Part shown: piece by piece, positions 33,001 through 41,431 of the stretch
How positions within the stretch are numbered: position 1 is the stretch's first letter
Layout of the letters: every line of letters begins with the position of its first letter
Assembly: GCA_002457155.1 (NCBI GenBank)
Contig: NTJS01000001.1
Span: 2,534 to 66,533, forward strand
Source of the DNA: Marine Group II euryarchaeote MED-G35
Lineage (GTDB): Archaea > Thermoplasmatota > Poseidoniia > Poseidoniales > Thalassarchaeaceae
Length of the DNA: 64,000 nt
Direction of reading: 5' to 3'
Notes under the pieces: generated by a model
The model's input: the letters and a program-made list of their open reading frames with translations, nothing else
Database searches by the model: none
Told to the model about the DNA's origin: nothing
Program-made: the position numbers and the translations under genes

Positions 33001-34949
33001 ACGAGGGCTGCGACCCCCTGGATTCAGGCATGCTCTCCACATCGGGGGCATGGGATCCCTGTGTGACCATCCTGAATAGCGATCACTACAGGAAGGTCCT
33101 CCAGTTCCAAGTCGACGGCTTCAGTCTGATCGGCAATACAGAACTCGATGTCGATCAGCAGATCGTCTACACATCAGAGATAGACCCAAACACCGGTCAG
33201 ATTCTGGAGAAGCCAATGATCGTCACCGGCCAACTAACCGATGAACTAGGAGGCAACCTATCCAACAGGCAGATCAGAGTCACCTTCGAGATGGGGTCAA
33301 TGGTATTCGACCCAATAGAAAACAGAATGAAATTCAGAGCAGGGGACACAGGCGTAGAGGCGTGCATACCAGGGGCAACCGATGGAAACGGATTCTTCGA
33401 CATCAATTGCCCCCTTGCCGGAGTAGATGCTGGAATGGCCAAGGTGAAGGTTGAGTACAACTCCTGGGACCCATTGAACAACGATCGCTACAGGTACAAG
33501 AACAAGACACAGACGATGTTCTTCCCGGTGTTCTCAAACTCCACAATAGACGTCTCTGAGGTTGGTCCCTTCAGGTCCGACTACCTGACCTACACCTTCC
33601 CCAATGGGTCAACCTTCGATGTACTATACCTCAAAGAAGCATTCCACATCAATGCCAAGCTTTCCCAGTCAAACGGAAAGCCAGTAGGTGGCAAGTGCGT
33701 TAACATCTACCTGGACCCCGAGGTAAACACCAGGCCGATCGCGACAGCGTTCACTAGCGATGGAACCGGCGAGTTCGTTTGGTACTCAGCCGACCCCGAT
33801 GACAACCCAAGTAGGAGAGGGGTCGAGCCAAGCGGCAACAATCTCGAAGGGTTCAGGACGGTCAGAGTAGCATACGAACCGGAGAAGTACGTGCCAGGGG
33901 GATGCGACTATGAGGCACTAGAGCCGAACCCAGTGCTAAACAGCTCCATAGCCGACATCGAGGTCCTAGTCAGAAGCAAGGTAGACATTCTCCTGAAGGA
34001 ACACTGGTCGAGCCCGACCGGATACCAATTGGACGACATCATCGCCGGAGAGGTCGCGATCCTCAGGGATCGTTTGGACCTCACAGTGGAGGGCCAGAGG
34101 GTCGAGTTCCATAGGCAGTTCTGGAATGGGTCGGGATGGCAGACCGAGCGGGTCGAGATATTCATCACCAACGAAAGGGGCTCTGCGAACTTCTCATTCC
34201 CATACACAGGCGAGCTCATCCCAGGCCACCCAGAATGGTCTGCCCCCGGAGGTAAATGGAGGGTTCTGGTCCATTTCGAGTCAGCAGATGCGAACAAGCC
34301 TTACTTCGTCGAGCAGTGGCTGAACAGCACTCCCGAGATTAAACTCGGAGAGCCGCCATCTGGTAGCAGCGGAGGCCTCTGGACCACCCAAGCCCTAGTT
34401 CTGGCGGGCATCTCCCTTTCCACCGTGACCTTAGTCGGCGCAATGATGTACAACAACTACAGGGAGCGCCGCAAGGTAGAGATCCTCCGAGGTATACTGA
34501 CTGACGCACTAATGTCACTCAAGGCCTCCAACAACTACATCGAGGCCATTTTCTCCTGCTACAAGGACCTAATCAAGTACTTCAGAATGAAAGGCGCGAT
34601 GAAGAAGGTATTCGAGACAACAAGGGAGTTCGAGGACGTAATTAACAACATGCTGGGAGGAGTCGTCCCACCAGAGGAGCTAGACATGTTCTTCTCCATC
34701 TTCGAGGAGGCTCGATACTCAGACCACGAGATCGGCTCCGAGGAGAGGGACAGGGCCATCCAAATATTCCAATCGATGATTGGCAGGATGAATAGCTCTC
34801 TCGGAGAGAGTATGCTAAACAGAGCGTCAGTAGCCGAGTCTTCCCTGTACGGGGAATCCGTCAAGGCAGGCCAGTTCGTTGATGCAGAGGGCAATGTCAG
34901 GTTCGCCGGCGTCGACGATGCCGATGAAGACGACGGGTTCCGGATTTGA
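27048..34949 (+). CDS. Giant Asp-rich surface protein: TSP3-like Ca2+-binding repeats, Ig-like stalk, TM helix, DUF4129-like cytoplasmic domain
   Basis: Signal/anchor helix; dozens of Dx(D/N)xDG motifs at ~27400-30700; beta-rich region; TM LVLAGISLSTVTLVGAMMY; ETTREF...IFEEARYS. Confidence 0.85.
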   Translation: MISKEERNTNKRILPAISIIALMLLSTQLSIMPESGDSPERTRTDDTPKRTAYQQLEQIGGPVQGDGQNQPASTNPFQEAAFHDPFYNDPAAIYGKVSDTSALTLDPSYGFFLEETNTEDHDNDGIDDLNDLDDDNDGINDLIERFDGCYGTDPLDHDNDGIQDEFDWDDDNDGILEGPVDYSQGNDPWNVSSDRHVDPTTIHPWTGQAVGFNYLVDQNPMDHDNDGIPDEDIDGSGRGSYDEDDDNDGRIDQFVWPCDFDSDGIQDYFDLDDDNDGVDDIDDIHPWDSTQTSLITSVSGILWDDWERWDPEDYGEYVDGLDYVALHALEHPRMQAFTEIVDGDLDGDGIPNFLDPDNDNDGAPDSSDTDDDNDGLADMYDVDDDNDGIPDSCRQLDTNGDGQRDYPTQVFNGSVVDIQTPGTDCEIDYDGDLDDDRFRSIDADYDMVWDWLDTDMGGSENPDNLMGGSQPWDLDDDGLENEFDPYPLNSSAEVATWDCASVSNPNPQNPSDKCVLWRTSYTGFNDWDGDGLNNWVDMDDDGDGILDWLDIDPDCDLDNDADLHELNGSMYRDDGANDIDTDVDGDGLANDEDWDDDNDGINDFYDPDDGNCGVVDTDNTDNFWGNSWPQNDGDAIDGSEDSAAYAAVPHYYWNLTWGFNPFNQDNSFMLDYNGYDPTSLDSISGTIPEMYWFLMMKWSPYNGGNFFDIDDDGDSLVNGIDVDQDGDGMPDWWDQDEGNDGVLDVDDVKMGGSLDGNSCGTVILSAAQERFCGHLYGYAFKAPLLTPTQSGGQSYTVPYSTRPDAEWDDGAYDGTNHPTGMGSCDMNCFWFTFDPTSNPSPSVAYTYVDMKHNRDLWIAYLGVTQFGFFQWTSDNNGNFFPDEIADELNDDVDPDIDCGQPMPEVSWTPNCMYNNTNDLDDDWDIVYDHFDVDDDNDGVWDYFEVDTNDDLDDDATVEEPYYFTGSNCEDNDDDGLDTDPDDDGIYQAVWDRGVLGQALLFPEYYDVDNDNDGVPDGEDPDDDNNGLLDEIQEAFPGCFTGEEQSPWDHDNDGILNWADDDWDGDGIPNSLELQNLNDTQGTADPIDDTCCLNFPIAPWDHDNDGIRDDLDDDDDYDGMKDEDEVMLWPSRFGSESTNPWDHDDFGGGVGLANPTNNSTGPDYFDVDDDNDGREDTDWNNPSPGDWPTPANKIEESSGLSSDWDHDNDGLLDHDDKIPTRITLNTQSVLWLDETTPAIFNGSVFWLDDTGFVPASDLPVQVHIRYIENGTSVIETIDVLTNANGEYVVGQFLFPQDIDVGSNSTYEVYAEVTEMFIHDYSSTLTDSDGDGIGDSGFPVEVRANTTIGFVSGQRFRADEQPLKLDFKVHYTADYNRGIFDNRLPFAPVSFTISDPGTQFGNISEPTVYDGYGNGYRADSGGWVSLAYNQSLDLWEQVQWNSLLDNGPGIPTGGYEEIVWNPCTPLNPVGSHSVLAPYEYKNTTLPVGDYSFIGYARPDLGGCTDGSYEWPWAHLEGSKTDTFFIRAMHRMYIEADMFAPSFRPVYFWDATQFTGSSFGAWRALFHAPSLANSGTTFEEASLGKPYPILWDGTPAALSGIAAGALSSFLTANGTHWTITLQNGADFDSPPCGPVDPLVSSSEVRCEIVPEVFTGEKIRVKGHVWNRTVDPVYQINGNPISVALQFDFDRNGIFVGSTETQFSKWPSPVDGLATFDYEFTWESQWQAQTYGVRADFSQSDYFFTGDQDQVLAATGAYGNVSVIGTTEFTELSSLPRLYRGQNTSVQVRLVDNAYQPVREVPVNWTWSEDQSSGVSITDNNGRFRVNLTDIENLGNFTLGFTYLGDERRQGNHAEVSLWVVSRTYINVQSTSPNIRSNGDLWEFTAVVTDDNRTPFEKDGGQVLNSCAGEMQSPGGNDLGGNVTVIFEGIDFEDRTHRQIVSVECPASGSIGYGRYLDPQLLKDDPFSFLPDGFGPVNVILRFEQNLPHEGCDPLDSGMLSTSGAWDPCVTILNSDHYRKVLQFQVDGFSLIGNTELDVDQQIVYTSEIDPNTGQILEKPMIVTGQLTDELGGNLSNRQIRVTFEMGSMVFDPIENRMKFRAGDTGVEACIPGATDGNGFFDINCPLAGVDAGMAKVKVEYNSWDPLNNDRYRYKNKTQTMFFPVFSNSTIDVSEVGPFRSDYLTYTFPNGSTFDVLYLKEAFHINAKLSQSNGKPVGGKCVNIYLDPEVNTRPIATAFTSDGTGEFVWYSADPDDNPSRRGVEPSGNNLEGFRTVRVAYEPEKYVPGGCDYEALEPNPVLNSSIADIEVLVRSKVDILLKEHWSSPTGYQLDDIIAGEVAILRDRLDLTVEGQRVEFHRQFWNGSGWQTERVEIFITNERGSANFSFPYTGELIPGHPEWSAPGGKWRVLVHFESADANKPYFVEQWLNSTPEIKLGEPPSGSSGGLWTTQALVLAGISLSTVTLVGAMMYNNYRERRKVEILRGILTDALMSLKASNNYIEAIFSCYKDLIKYFRMKGAMKKVFETTREFEDVINNMLGGVVPPEELDMFFSIFEEARYSDHEIGSEERDRAIQIFQSMIGRMNSSLGESMLNRASVAESSLYGESVKAGQFVDAEGNVRFAGVDDADEDDGFRI
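27400..30700 (+). repeat. Protein-level TSP3-like repeat array (DxDNDG)
   Basis: Recurrent GACGACGACAACGACGG-type sequence; DHDNDG occurs six times. Confidence 0.8.
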
Positions 34950-35050
34950 CCCAGTCTTGGTAGTGGTGCTGCTTTGCCGCCCCTAGGGGCGCCCGCAGGA
35001 TTCATAACACCGACTTGGGTGGCCGCGATACCTAACCATGAGGGGATGCT

Positions 35051-35416
35051 ATGAGTAAGACAGACAGGAAGACCAATGCAGCACTCGTTTCCCTCATCGG
35101 CGATTTGAAGAATCAAGGGCGTTCAACGGGTTCCCCAATCTGGAGGGACACCGCATCAAGACTGGAGACCAGCAGGAAAAACTGGGCCCAACCCAACCTG
35201 AGCCACATCTCCCGTCACTCTGCAAAGAAGGAGACCGTACTCGTACCCGGGAAGGTCCTGGGAAGTGGGGAGATAAGCGGCGGTCAGACGGTCGCAGCAT
35301 TCAGCTTCAGCGATGGTGCCAAGACCAAGATCGAGGCATCCGGAGGAAGAACACTCAGTATCAGGGAACTCATGGAAGAGAACCCCAACGGAAAGGGGGT
35401 GCGAATCCTTGTCTGA
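35051..35416 (+). CDS. rpl18e: 50S ribosomal protein L18e
   Basis: KTN..L..LI, IWRD, VLVPGKVLGSG, NPNGKGVRIL. Confidence 0.95.
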   Translation: MSKTDRKTNAALVSLIGDLKNQGRSTGSPIWRDTASRLETSRKNWAQPNLSHISRHSAKKETVLVPGKVLGSGEISGGQTVAAFSFSDGAKTKIEASGGRTLSIRELMEENPNGKGVRILV

Positions 35417-35891
35417 GTCAACGATGGTATTCGATGCCACAGACAAGATCCTAGGTCGCCTAGCCAGCCAGGTTGCCAAGCAGATGATTTCAGCTAGGAA
35501 GTCAGGCAGGCAGCAGAGGGTCATCATCATCAATGCCGAGGACGCAATAGTCTCGGGCCCGAGGACCAAGGTCCTAAGCGACTACAGGGCGAAGTACAAG
35601 CTCAACCACGCAAGGAAGGGGCCATTCTTCCCAAGGATGCCTGATAAGATAATCAAGAGAACAGTCAGGGGGATGCTCCCATACCAGAAGAACAGCAGCG
35701 GCAGAGGGGCTCTAAGGGACCTGAGGGTAATGATAGGCACCCCACAGAACCTGTCCAAAGACGACCTCCCAGAAGGGCACGAGTGGGGCTCGACCGAGCA
35801 CATCACTCGCAACACCCCTAACAAGTACGTTCGACTCGGCGAGATAAGCTCCCACCTGGGAGTGGACGCATCTAGATGGGGAGGCGAGTGA
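35409..35891 (+). CDS. rpl13: 50S ribosomal protein L13
   Basis: DATDKILGRLAS, GPFFPRMPD..IKRTVRGMLPY; TTG start after GGGGGTG (ATG 35424 is the alternative). Confidence 0.95.
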   Translation: MSESTMVFDATDKILGRLASQVAKQMISARKSGRQQRVIIINAEDAIVSGPRTKVLSDYRAKYKLNHARKGPFFPRMPDKIIKRTVRGMLPYQKNSSGRGALRDLRVMIGTPQNLSKDDLPEGHEWGSTEHITRNTPNKYVRLGEISSHLGVDASRWGGE

Positions 35892-35892
35892 A

Positions 35893-36330
35893 TTGGCAAA
35901 GAAGAAGACTCCCAAGGTCGTGAACACCAGCGGCAAGCGCAAGACAGCGATTGCCCGCGCGACAATCAAGGCAGGCAAGGGAAGGGTGAGGGTTAACGGG
36001 AAACCAATCCACATCATGGAACCAGAGCTAGCTCGAAGAAAGGCACTGGAGCCAATCAGGATCGCCGAGGCCATGAACAGAATAGATAGAGTGGACATTT
36101 CCATCGACGTCAAGGGTGGCGGACAGATGGGACAAGTCGACGCAATCCGCACTGCAATAGCCCGTGGCCTGGTGAAGTATAACGACGGCGCAGAGGGAGA
36201 TGACGAGGAGCTCAGAGACGAGTTCGTCAGGTTCGAGAGGAAGATGCTGGTCAACGATCCACGTAGAAAGGAGCCCAAGCATCAAATGGGACGCGGTGCT
36301 CGTAAGAAGTGGCAGAAGTCGTATAGGTAG
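35893..36330 (+). CDS. rps9: 30S ribosomal protein S9
   Basis: GKRKTAIARA, GGGQMGQ, DPRRKEPK..GRGARKKWQKSYR. Confidence 0.97.
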   Translation: MAKKKTPKVVNTSGKRKTAIARATIKAGKGRVRVNGKPIHIMEPELARRKALEPIRIAEAMNRIDRVDISIDVKGGGQMGQVDAIRTAIARGLVKYNDGAEGDDEELRDEFVRFERKMLVNDPRRKEPKHQMGRGARKKWQKSYR

Positions 36331-36339
36331 GTGGAAGAA

Positions 36340-36546
36340 ATGCTAATCCCAGTAAGATGTTGGAGTTGTGGAAAGGTGATTGCTCACAAGTATCAGGAGT
36401 ATCTGGATGCAGTGGAAGAGGGAAAGGACGCAGGTCAGGTACTACACGATCTGGGCTTTGAGAGATATTGCTGCAGGCGTATGTTCGTCGGGCACATCGA
36501 CCTCATCGACGAGGTCGCCCCATTCAGCATCGATAGGCAGCAATGA
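36340..36546 (+). CDS. rpoN: RNA polymerase subunit N (Rpo10)
   Basis: MLIPVRCWSCGK...RYCCRRM. Confidence 0.97.
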   Translation: MLIPVRCWSCGKVIAHKYQEYLDAVEEGKDAGQVLHDLGFERYCCRRMFVGHIDLIDEVAPFSIDRQQ

Positions 36547-36594
36547 GGTCCGTCAGGGCTTTGACTGATTGCTCGCTCGCATTGAGCCCAATTG

Positions 36595-36672
36595 GGGCCT
36601 GTAGGTTAGTTTGGCCTATACTTCGCGGCTGGGGGTCGCGCGACCCAGGTTCAAATCCTGGCAGGCCCACCA
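36595..36672 (+). tRNA. tRNA-Pro(GGG)
   Basis: Acceptor stem GGGCCTG/CAGGCCC, anticodon arm CGCGG-CTGGGGG-TCGCG, T loop GTTCAAATC, encoded CCA. Confidence 0.95.
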
Positions 36673-36728
36673 CACTTTAGGCCAATGCAGAAGGTCAGTT
36701 TGAAGGCCCTCGCCCCCTTTGCACAATC

Positions 36729-38840
36729 ATGAGTGATGGCCATCCAGAGGAAGGCATCCCCGATGCCCGAATCGAGTGGTTGGCGAAGCAACTTGAGAAG
36801 CACTCTGAGCTATACTACAACAGGGCCAAGCCAGAGATCTCAGATGCTGAATTCGATGCACTAAGGGATGAGCTTCAGAGTCTGTCTCCGGATAATCCAC
36901 AATTGAGCAGAGTCGGCTCCGACCCGCCTCCAGGTTCGACTAAGGTGGATCACCTGTTCAGAATGATGAGCCTGGATAAGGCTACCTCAGATGCCGAAGT
37001 GGCTCATTTCGTTGCAGAGACCACTGCCAAGGGGCGCAGGTTCGTTTGCCAACCAAAGCTCGACGGCTCTGCCCTTTCCCTCGAGTACCGCAGAGGCAGG
37101 CTTGTCAGGGCCGCTACGAGGGGTAATGGGAGAAGGGGGGAGGATGTTACCGCTAATGCAAGGAGGATGATGAACGTGCCCGAGAAACTCGATTGGAAGG
37201 GGGACTGCCATGTCAGGGGCGAGGTCGTAATGCCCCTGCAACTATTCAGGGAGAAGTACTCGGAGGTCGCACCAAACCCAAGAAACCTCGCAGCAGGAGC
37301 CCTGCGTCAGAAGTACATAGATGCTGGAAAGGGAAGACCAGAGGACCTGAAGTTCCTGGCATATGGCGTAGAGTTCCCCATAGGCCAGGACCGCCACCCA
37401 GAGAGTCCAGGCCCACCAGATTTCAAACTCGACTCTGAAGTCATCTCTTGGATTAGTGAATTGGGGATAGAGGCCGCAGGAAACGACTCGGTCTCGGGCG
37501 AGGACGACTCATCCACAACCGAAGCCATCCTCGCTGTGACAAGGGAATGGTTCCAATCCAGAGACTCTGCCGAATGGGAGATTGACGGGGTGGTTGTGAA
37601 GTTGGACCGCCTCGACAAGAGAGCCCTGCTTGGCGAGACAGCACATCACCCTCGATGGGCCTTGGCATGGAAGTTCCCACCAGAGGAGGCTGTCACTGTA
37701 CTGATGGATGTATTCTGGCAGACTGGGAGGACGGGAAACGTGACCCCAGTGTCACGAGTCGCTCCGGTAGTCGTATCTGGCGTCACGGTCGAAAACACCA
37801 CACTCCACAACAAGGGCGAGGTCGAGCGCCTCGGTATAATGGTGGGAGACCGGGTCAGGGTGGTCAGGCGAGGGGACGTGATCCCGAAAATCACGGAGGT
37901 GATGGGGCCGGCAGACGAGGACGACCTGTCAGGCAGGTCGCACTCCGACGGCACCCCCTTCTCAGAATCATTACCTGCTAGATCATCGATCTTAGTACCG
38001 ACAAACTGCCCTCGCTGCTCAACAGAACTCATCGTGGATGGAGCCTTCATCAGATGCACGAACATAGAATGCCCATCTCGCCTGGAGAGGGCAATACTGT
38101 ACTGGTGCAGGAAGCTAGGGATGGACGGCATCGGTGAGAAGCTGGCTGAACAGCTATGCTCATCCGGACTGGTATCGACTCTGGCCGATCTCTACCGGCT
38201 TGAGGATCGTGAACGTGAACTGATAGGACTAGAGAGGATGGCACAGAAGTCAGCCAGCAACGTCCTGGAGGAGCTCAACTCAACTAGGTCAATGACATTC
38301 AGCACCTTCATCTCTGCTCTCGGACTCCCACGGATAGGCCCCGAGATAGCCACACTGGTCTGCTCTGAGGTGAGGGACCTCGAGGAGCTAATCCAGATGA
38401 CAGAAGACAGGGAGGCTGCTATTCGGAGGCTCGTCTCAATCGACAGGGTGGGCGAGACCGTGGCAACACTTCTCCTCGATGGAATATCCGAGAGGAAGGA
38501 CGCGATAATCGACCTCCATGACCAGATCGAGATCATACAAGGAGAGCAACCGACCAGCGAAGGAGTACTATCCGGCTCCACATTCTGCATCACCGGATCG
38601 CTCAGCAGACCCAGAAAGGAGATATCCCTATCCATCAAGTCACAAGGCGGCAAAGTAGTGTCTTCGGTCTCTGGGAGCCTCGGCTTCCTAGTCGCGGGCG
38701 AGTCATCCGGTTCGAAGCTGGAAAGGGCGAACAGGCTGGGTGTGCGTGTGATTTCCGAGTCGGAGTTGGACGAGATGCTGGGCGGATCCATCCTCGAGGA
38801 CCTACCAGAAGAGAGGCAGTCCACGCTCGGTGAGTTCTGA
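36729..38840 (+). CDS. ligA: NAD-dependent DNA ligase
   Basis: YYN..ISDAEFD, KLDG, TRGNG, NPRNLAAG, DGVVVK, RRGDVIP, Zn finger, HhH, BRCT. Confidence 0.96.
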   Translation: MSDGHPEEGIPDARIEWLAKQLEKHSELYYNRAKPEISDAEFDALRDELQSLSPDNPQLSRVGSDPPPGSTKVDHLFRMMSLDKATSDAEVAHFVAETTAKGRRFVCQPKLDGSALSLEYRRGRLVRAATRGNGRRGEDVTANARRMMNVPEKLDWKGDCHVRGEVVMPLQLFREKYSEVAPNPRNLAAGALRQKYIDAGKGRPEDLKFLAYGVEFPIGQDRHPESPGPPDFKLDSEVISWISELGIEAAGNDSVSGEDDSSTTEAILAVTREWFQSRDSAEWEIDGVVVKLDRLDKRALLGETAHHPRWALAWKFPPEEAVTVLMDVFWQTGRTGNVTPVSRVAPVVVSGVTVENTTLHNKGEVERLGIMVGDRVRVVRRGDVIPKITEVMGPADEDDLSGRSHSDGTPFSESLPARSSILVPTNCPRCSTELIVDGAFIRCTNIECPSRLERAILYWCRKLGMDGIGEKLAEQLCSSGLVSTLADLYRLEDRERELIGLERMAQKSASNVLEELNSTRSMTFSTFISALGLPRIGPEIATLVCSEVRDLEELIQMTEDREAAIRRLVSIDRVGETVATLLLDGISERKDAIIDLHDQIEIIQGEQPTSEGVLSGSTFCITGSLSRPRKEISLSIKSQGGKVVSSVSGSLGFLVAGESSGSKLERANRLGVRVISESELDEMLGGSILEDLPEERQSTLGEF

Positions 38841-39644
38841 CTAGCCGTACATCCCAGTCGAGGACCCGTCGGATTCCTGTGGCGGGTTGAGATGGAGCGC
38901 CATCATCTCCCTGATCTGCCCCTCTATCCTCTGGGCCTCCTCCATCAGTGGCTCGGGATCAAGTTGAACGGCGGGTAGGAGACCATCCAGGCAACCGATG
39001 ATTCTCGCGGCAGCCCGCGCATCTGGGATGGTTCCTTGACCGATCTCGCCATCGGATTCGGCGAGTATGGCCAATGCATCAATGCCCCTCCTCCTGCATT
39101 CCCCCATCATCACGCCGGTCATTCCACTCACAACCCCCTGCTTCAGGAGCGGAACTCCGATTCCCTTCAGCAATTCGTGCGTGGAGTCGGTAGACCCTAT
39201 TCCAAGCATTGAATCCATCCCCTCGTCCTCATCGAAAATGCTGTGGCTACTTTCTATCCCATGGGCGAATGAGTCTACCATTATCGTGGAACTGACACCA
39301 GAATCCACCAGCCAATCAATTAGGCTAGACGAGAGAGGGAGACTCAACTCCGGTGGAATCTGGATCTCCGAGGCAATCAGAACGACCTTGTCGCACTGTT
39401 CCATATTGCATATAGGCTCGCCGGCATAGAACCTCAGTGGAGGAAGCGGCTTGCCGTCTTGGACTAGGCATACTGGTGGGAGATTAGGATGCCTCACTCC
39501 CCCAACCAACTCCAACTCGAGCTTTTCGACCAAGAAGTGCGCGACTATGCTGCTGACGAATCCAACCGAGGGAAAACAACTCACCAGAAGGGCACCAGAA
39601 GAATTCACACCTTCGTTTACCTCGACAAGTGGTGCCTCCGCCAT
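38841..39644 (-). CDS. PAC2-family proteasome assembly chaperone
   Basis: FPSVGFVSSI, PPLRFY, PDARAAA; C-terminus MYG fits HbYX. Confidence 0.88.
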   Translation of the reverse strand: MAEAPLVEVNEGVNSSGALLVSCFPSVGFVSSIVAHFLVEKLELELVGGVRHPNLPPVCLVQDGKPLPPLRFYAGEPICNMEQCDKVVLIASEIQIPPELSLPLSSSLIDWLVDSGVSSTIMVDSFAHGIESSHSIFDEDEGMDSMLGIGSTDSTHELLKGIGVPLLKQGVVSGMTGVMMGECRRRGIDALAILAESDGEIGQGTIPDARAAARIIGCLDGLLPAVQLDPEPLMEEAQRIEGQIREMMALHLNPPQESDGSSTGMYG

Positions 39645-39715
39645 GATTCTACAATCCACTCAATGGTGTTAATCGTTCCCACCCCCCCGCCTCAATTCTG
39701 CAGGACACGTATAGA

Positions 39716-40867
39716 ATGACCACCGTCCAGGATTACCAGATTTCTCCGTCTTCGTGGAACCGGTTCGAGGAGTGTCCAAGGAAATACTGGCTCTCTCGTC
39801 AAGGCCTCCCTAGAAAGGCAGGCATGGCTGCTTCATTGGGCACAGCAATTCACAACTCCGTGGAGGATTTGTGCAATCTGGAAATTTCAGACAGGGATGG
39901 GGGGGAAGTGGGATGGCTACAGTCCACGGCTCGAGAAGTCCTCGAAAGGAACTGGAAGGCAGAGAGGCAGGAGTTCATGGGAACCCCAAGGCATCCAAGG
40001 TGGAAACATGAGATGTTTAGCAAGGCCCACGAAGGCCTAATCGGTGCCCTGGGCTTCCTCTTTGAGAAGGCTGGATTGTCAAAACGGGATCTTTCGGAGG
40101 TTCCGATCCAGGTCTGGAGGCAAGTCCAGTCCATCGTTCTCGCAACGGAGGCCACCCTGGAGTCAGATTGTGGCAGGCTGATGGGCAGGCTCGACCTATT
40201 GATCCTTGATCCCGCCTCTAGGGAGGAGGAAGTCGGTTGGATAGTTGCAGACCTCAAGACCGGAAGGCCACCGAGATCAGGACTCGACGAGAAGGTCACA
40301 AGGCAGTTGCTATTCTACAGGGACCTAATGAAGCAGAGGAGCCCAGAACAAAAATCGATAATCGCAGAGGGATGGTACTCCTCGAACGAGACAATCTACG
40401 TTGCAGACGGCCCTTCCATTTTGGAGGAGGCATTCGATGCATGGGAGTCGATGAAGGTCACTGAGGACCCGTTTCAAGCTACCCCCAGTGAATCCGCTTG
40501 CTCATTTTGCGATTGGAAGGCATGGTGCCCAGATTGGTGGGCCTCCCGCAGCGAAGGCCTACTTGATGGAGGGGGGACTTTCAGAGACGAAGTAACCAAG
40601 CTCGTGAGGCTCGACCACGATTCAGGAGCTGCACTTTTCGAACGAACCACGCCCATTGATCACGAAGGATCACTTACCGGTTCCGACTATAGATTCGGTG
40701 CTATACTCAAGGGACAGGCACTTGAGCAAATTAGGCAGATTGAGCAGGATGAATCAGAAGGGTTCCTGTTTCTAGGAAGCGTCAGAGTCGATGGCAAGAT
40801 AGTCCACATGGGGGACTGGTCTGAGGTCCTCCAATGGTCTCCTCTCCTAAAGTCGACTTCCGATTGA
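39716..40867 (+). CDS. PD-(D/E)XK RecB/Cas4-like nuclease with Fe-S cysteines
   Basis: ISPSSW..FEECPRKY, GTAIH, GRLD, DLKTG, QLLFY, CSFCDWKAWC. Confidence 0.85.
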   Translation: MTTVQDYQISPSSWNRFEECPRKYWLSRQGLPRKAGMAASLGTAIHNSVEDLCNLEISDRDGGEVGWLQSTAREVLERNWKAERQEFMGTPRHPRWKHEMFSKAHEGLIGALGFLFEKAGLSKRDLSEVPIQVWRQVQSIVLATEATLESDCGRLMGRLDLLILDPASREEEVGWIVADLKTGRPPRSGLDEKVTRQLLFYRDLMKQRSPEQKSIIAEGWYSSNETIYVADGPSILEEAFDAWESMKVTEDPFQATPSESACSFCDWKAWCPDWWASRSEGLLDGGGTFRDEVTKLVRLDHDSGAALFERTTPIDHEGSLTGSDYRFGAILKGQALEQIRQIEQDESEGFLFLGSVRVDGKIVHMGDWSEVLQWSPLLKSTSD

Positions 40868-41431
40868 GTCCAGCACTTCTTCTACGGATCCCTTGAATTT
40901 CTCCGGATACTCCCTCATGAACTTCCACAGCAGAAGGAGAGTTGCCCCTGCATCAGCATCCGCATTGTGGGATCTTTCCAACCCTATCCCGAACCTCTTG
41001 CAAAGCAATCCGAGCTTGTGCCGGCCGGGAACATCGAAACTCCTAGCAAGAACCAACGTATCGACAATCGCCAGTGGTACGGGGGCCTCTCTGCCAATCC
41101 TGATACATTCCATTTCCACGAACCTCCAATCGAATGCCAAAACATTGTGCCCCACAATGACAGCACCATCCATCAGATCACTCATTGAACCGATATGTTC
41201 TTCGAAACTTCCTGCTCCACGAACGTCGTCATTGAAAATCCCATGCACTTTGCTCGACTCACTTGGAATCCTGCATCCTGGATCGACCAATGAATTAAGA
41301 TTCAAATGAGAACCATCAGAATCACTACCCACCAACGCGAATTGCACCACCCTATCCTCCCTGGGGTTGAATCCCGTAGTCTCTAAATCGAATCCAAGAA
41401 CCCTCAAGCCATCCAGAATTCCCGAATCCAC
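40847..41431 (-). CDS. DEDDh 3'-5' exonuclease (DnaQ-like)
   Basis: FDLETTG, VHGI, GHNVLAFD, DTL, HNADADA. Confidence 0.92.
   Translation of the reverse strand: MDSGILDGLRVLGFDLETTGFNPREDRVVQFALVGSDSDGSHLNLNSLVDPGCRIPSESSKVHGIFNDDVRGAGSFEEHIGSMSDLMDGAVIVGHNVLAFDWRFVEMECIRIGREAPVPLAIVDTLVLARSFDVPGRHKLGLLCKRFGIGLERSHNADADAGATLLLLWKFMREYPEKFKGSVEEVLDSIGSRL

Noticed and set aside
39716-40867. Cas4 of a CRISPR-Cas locus
   Set aside because: No array, cas1 or cas2 in the window.
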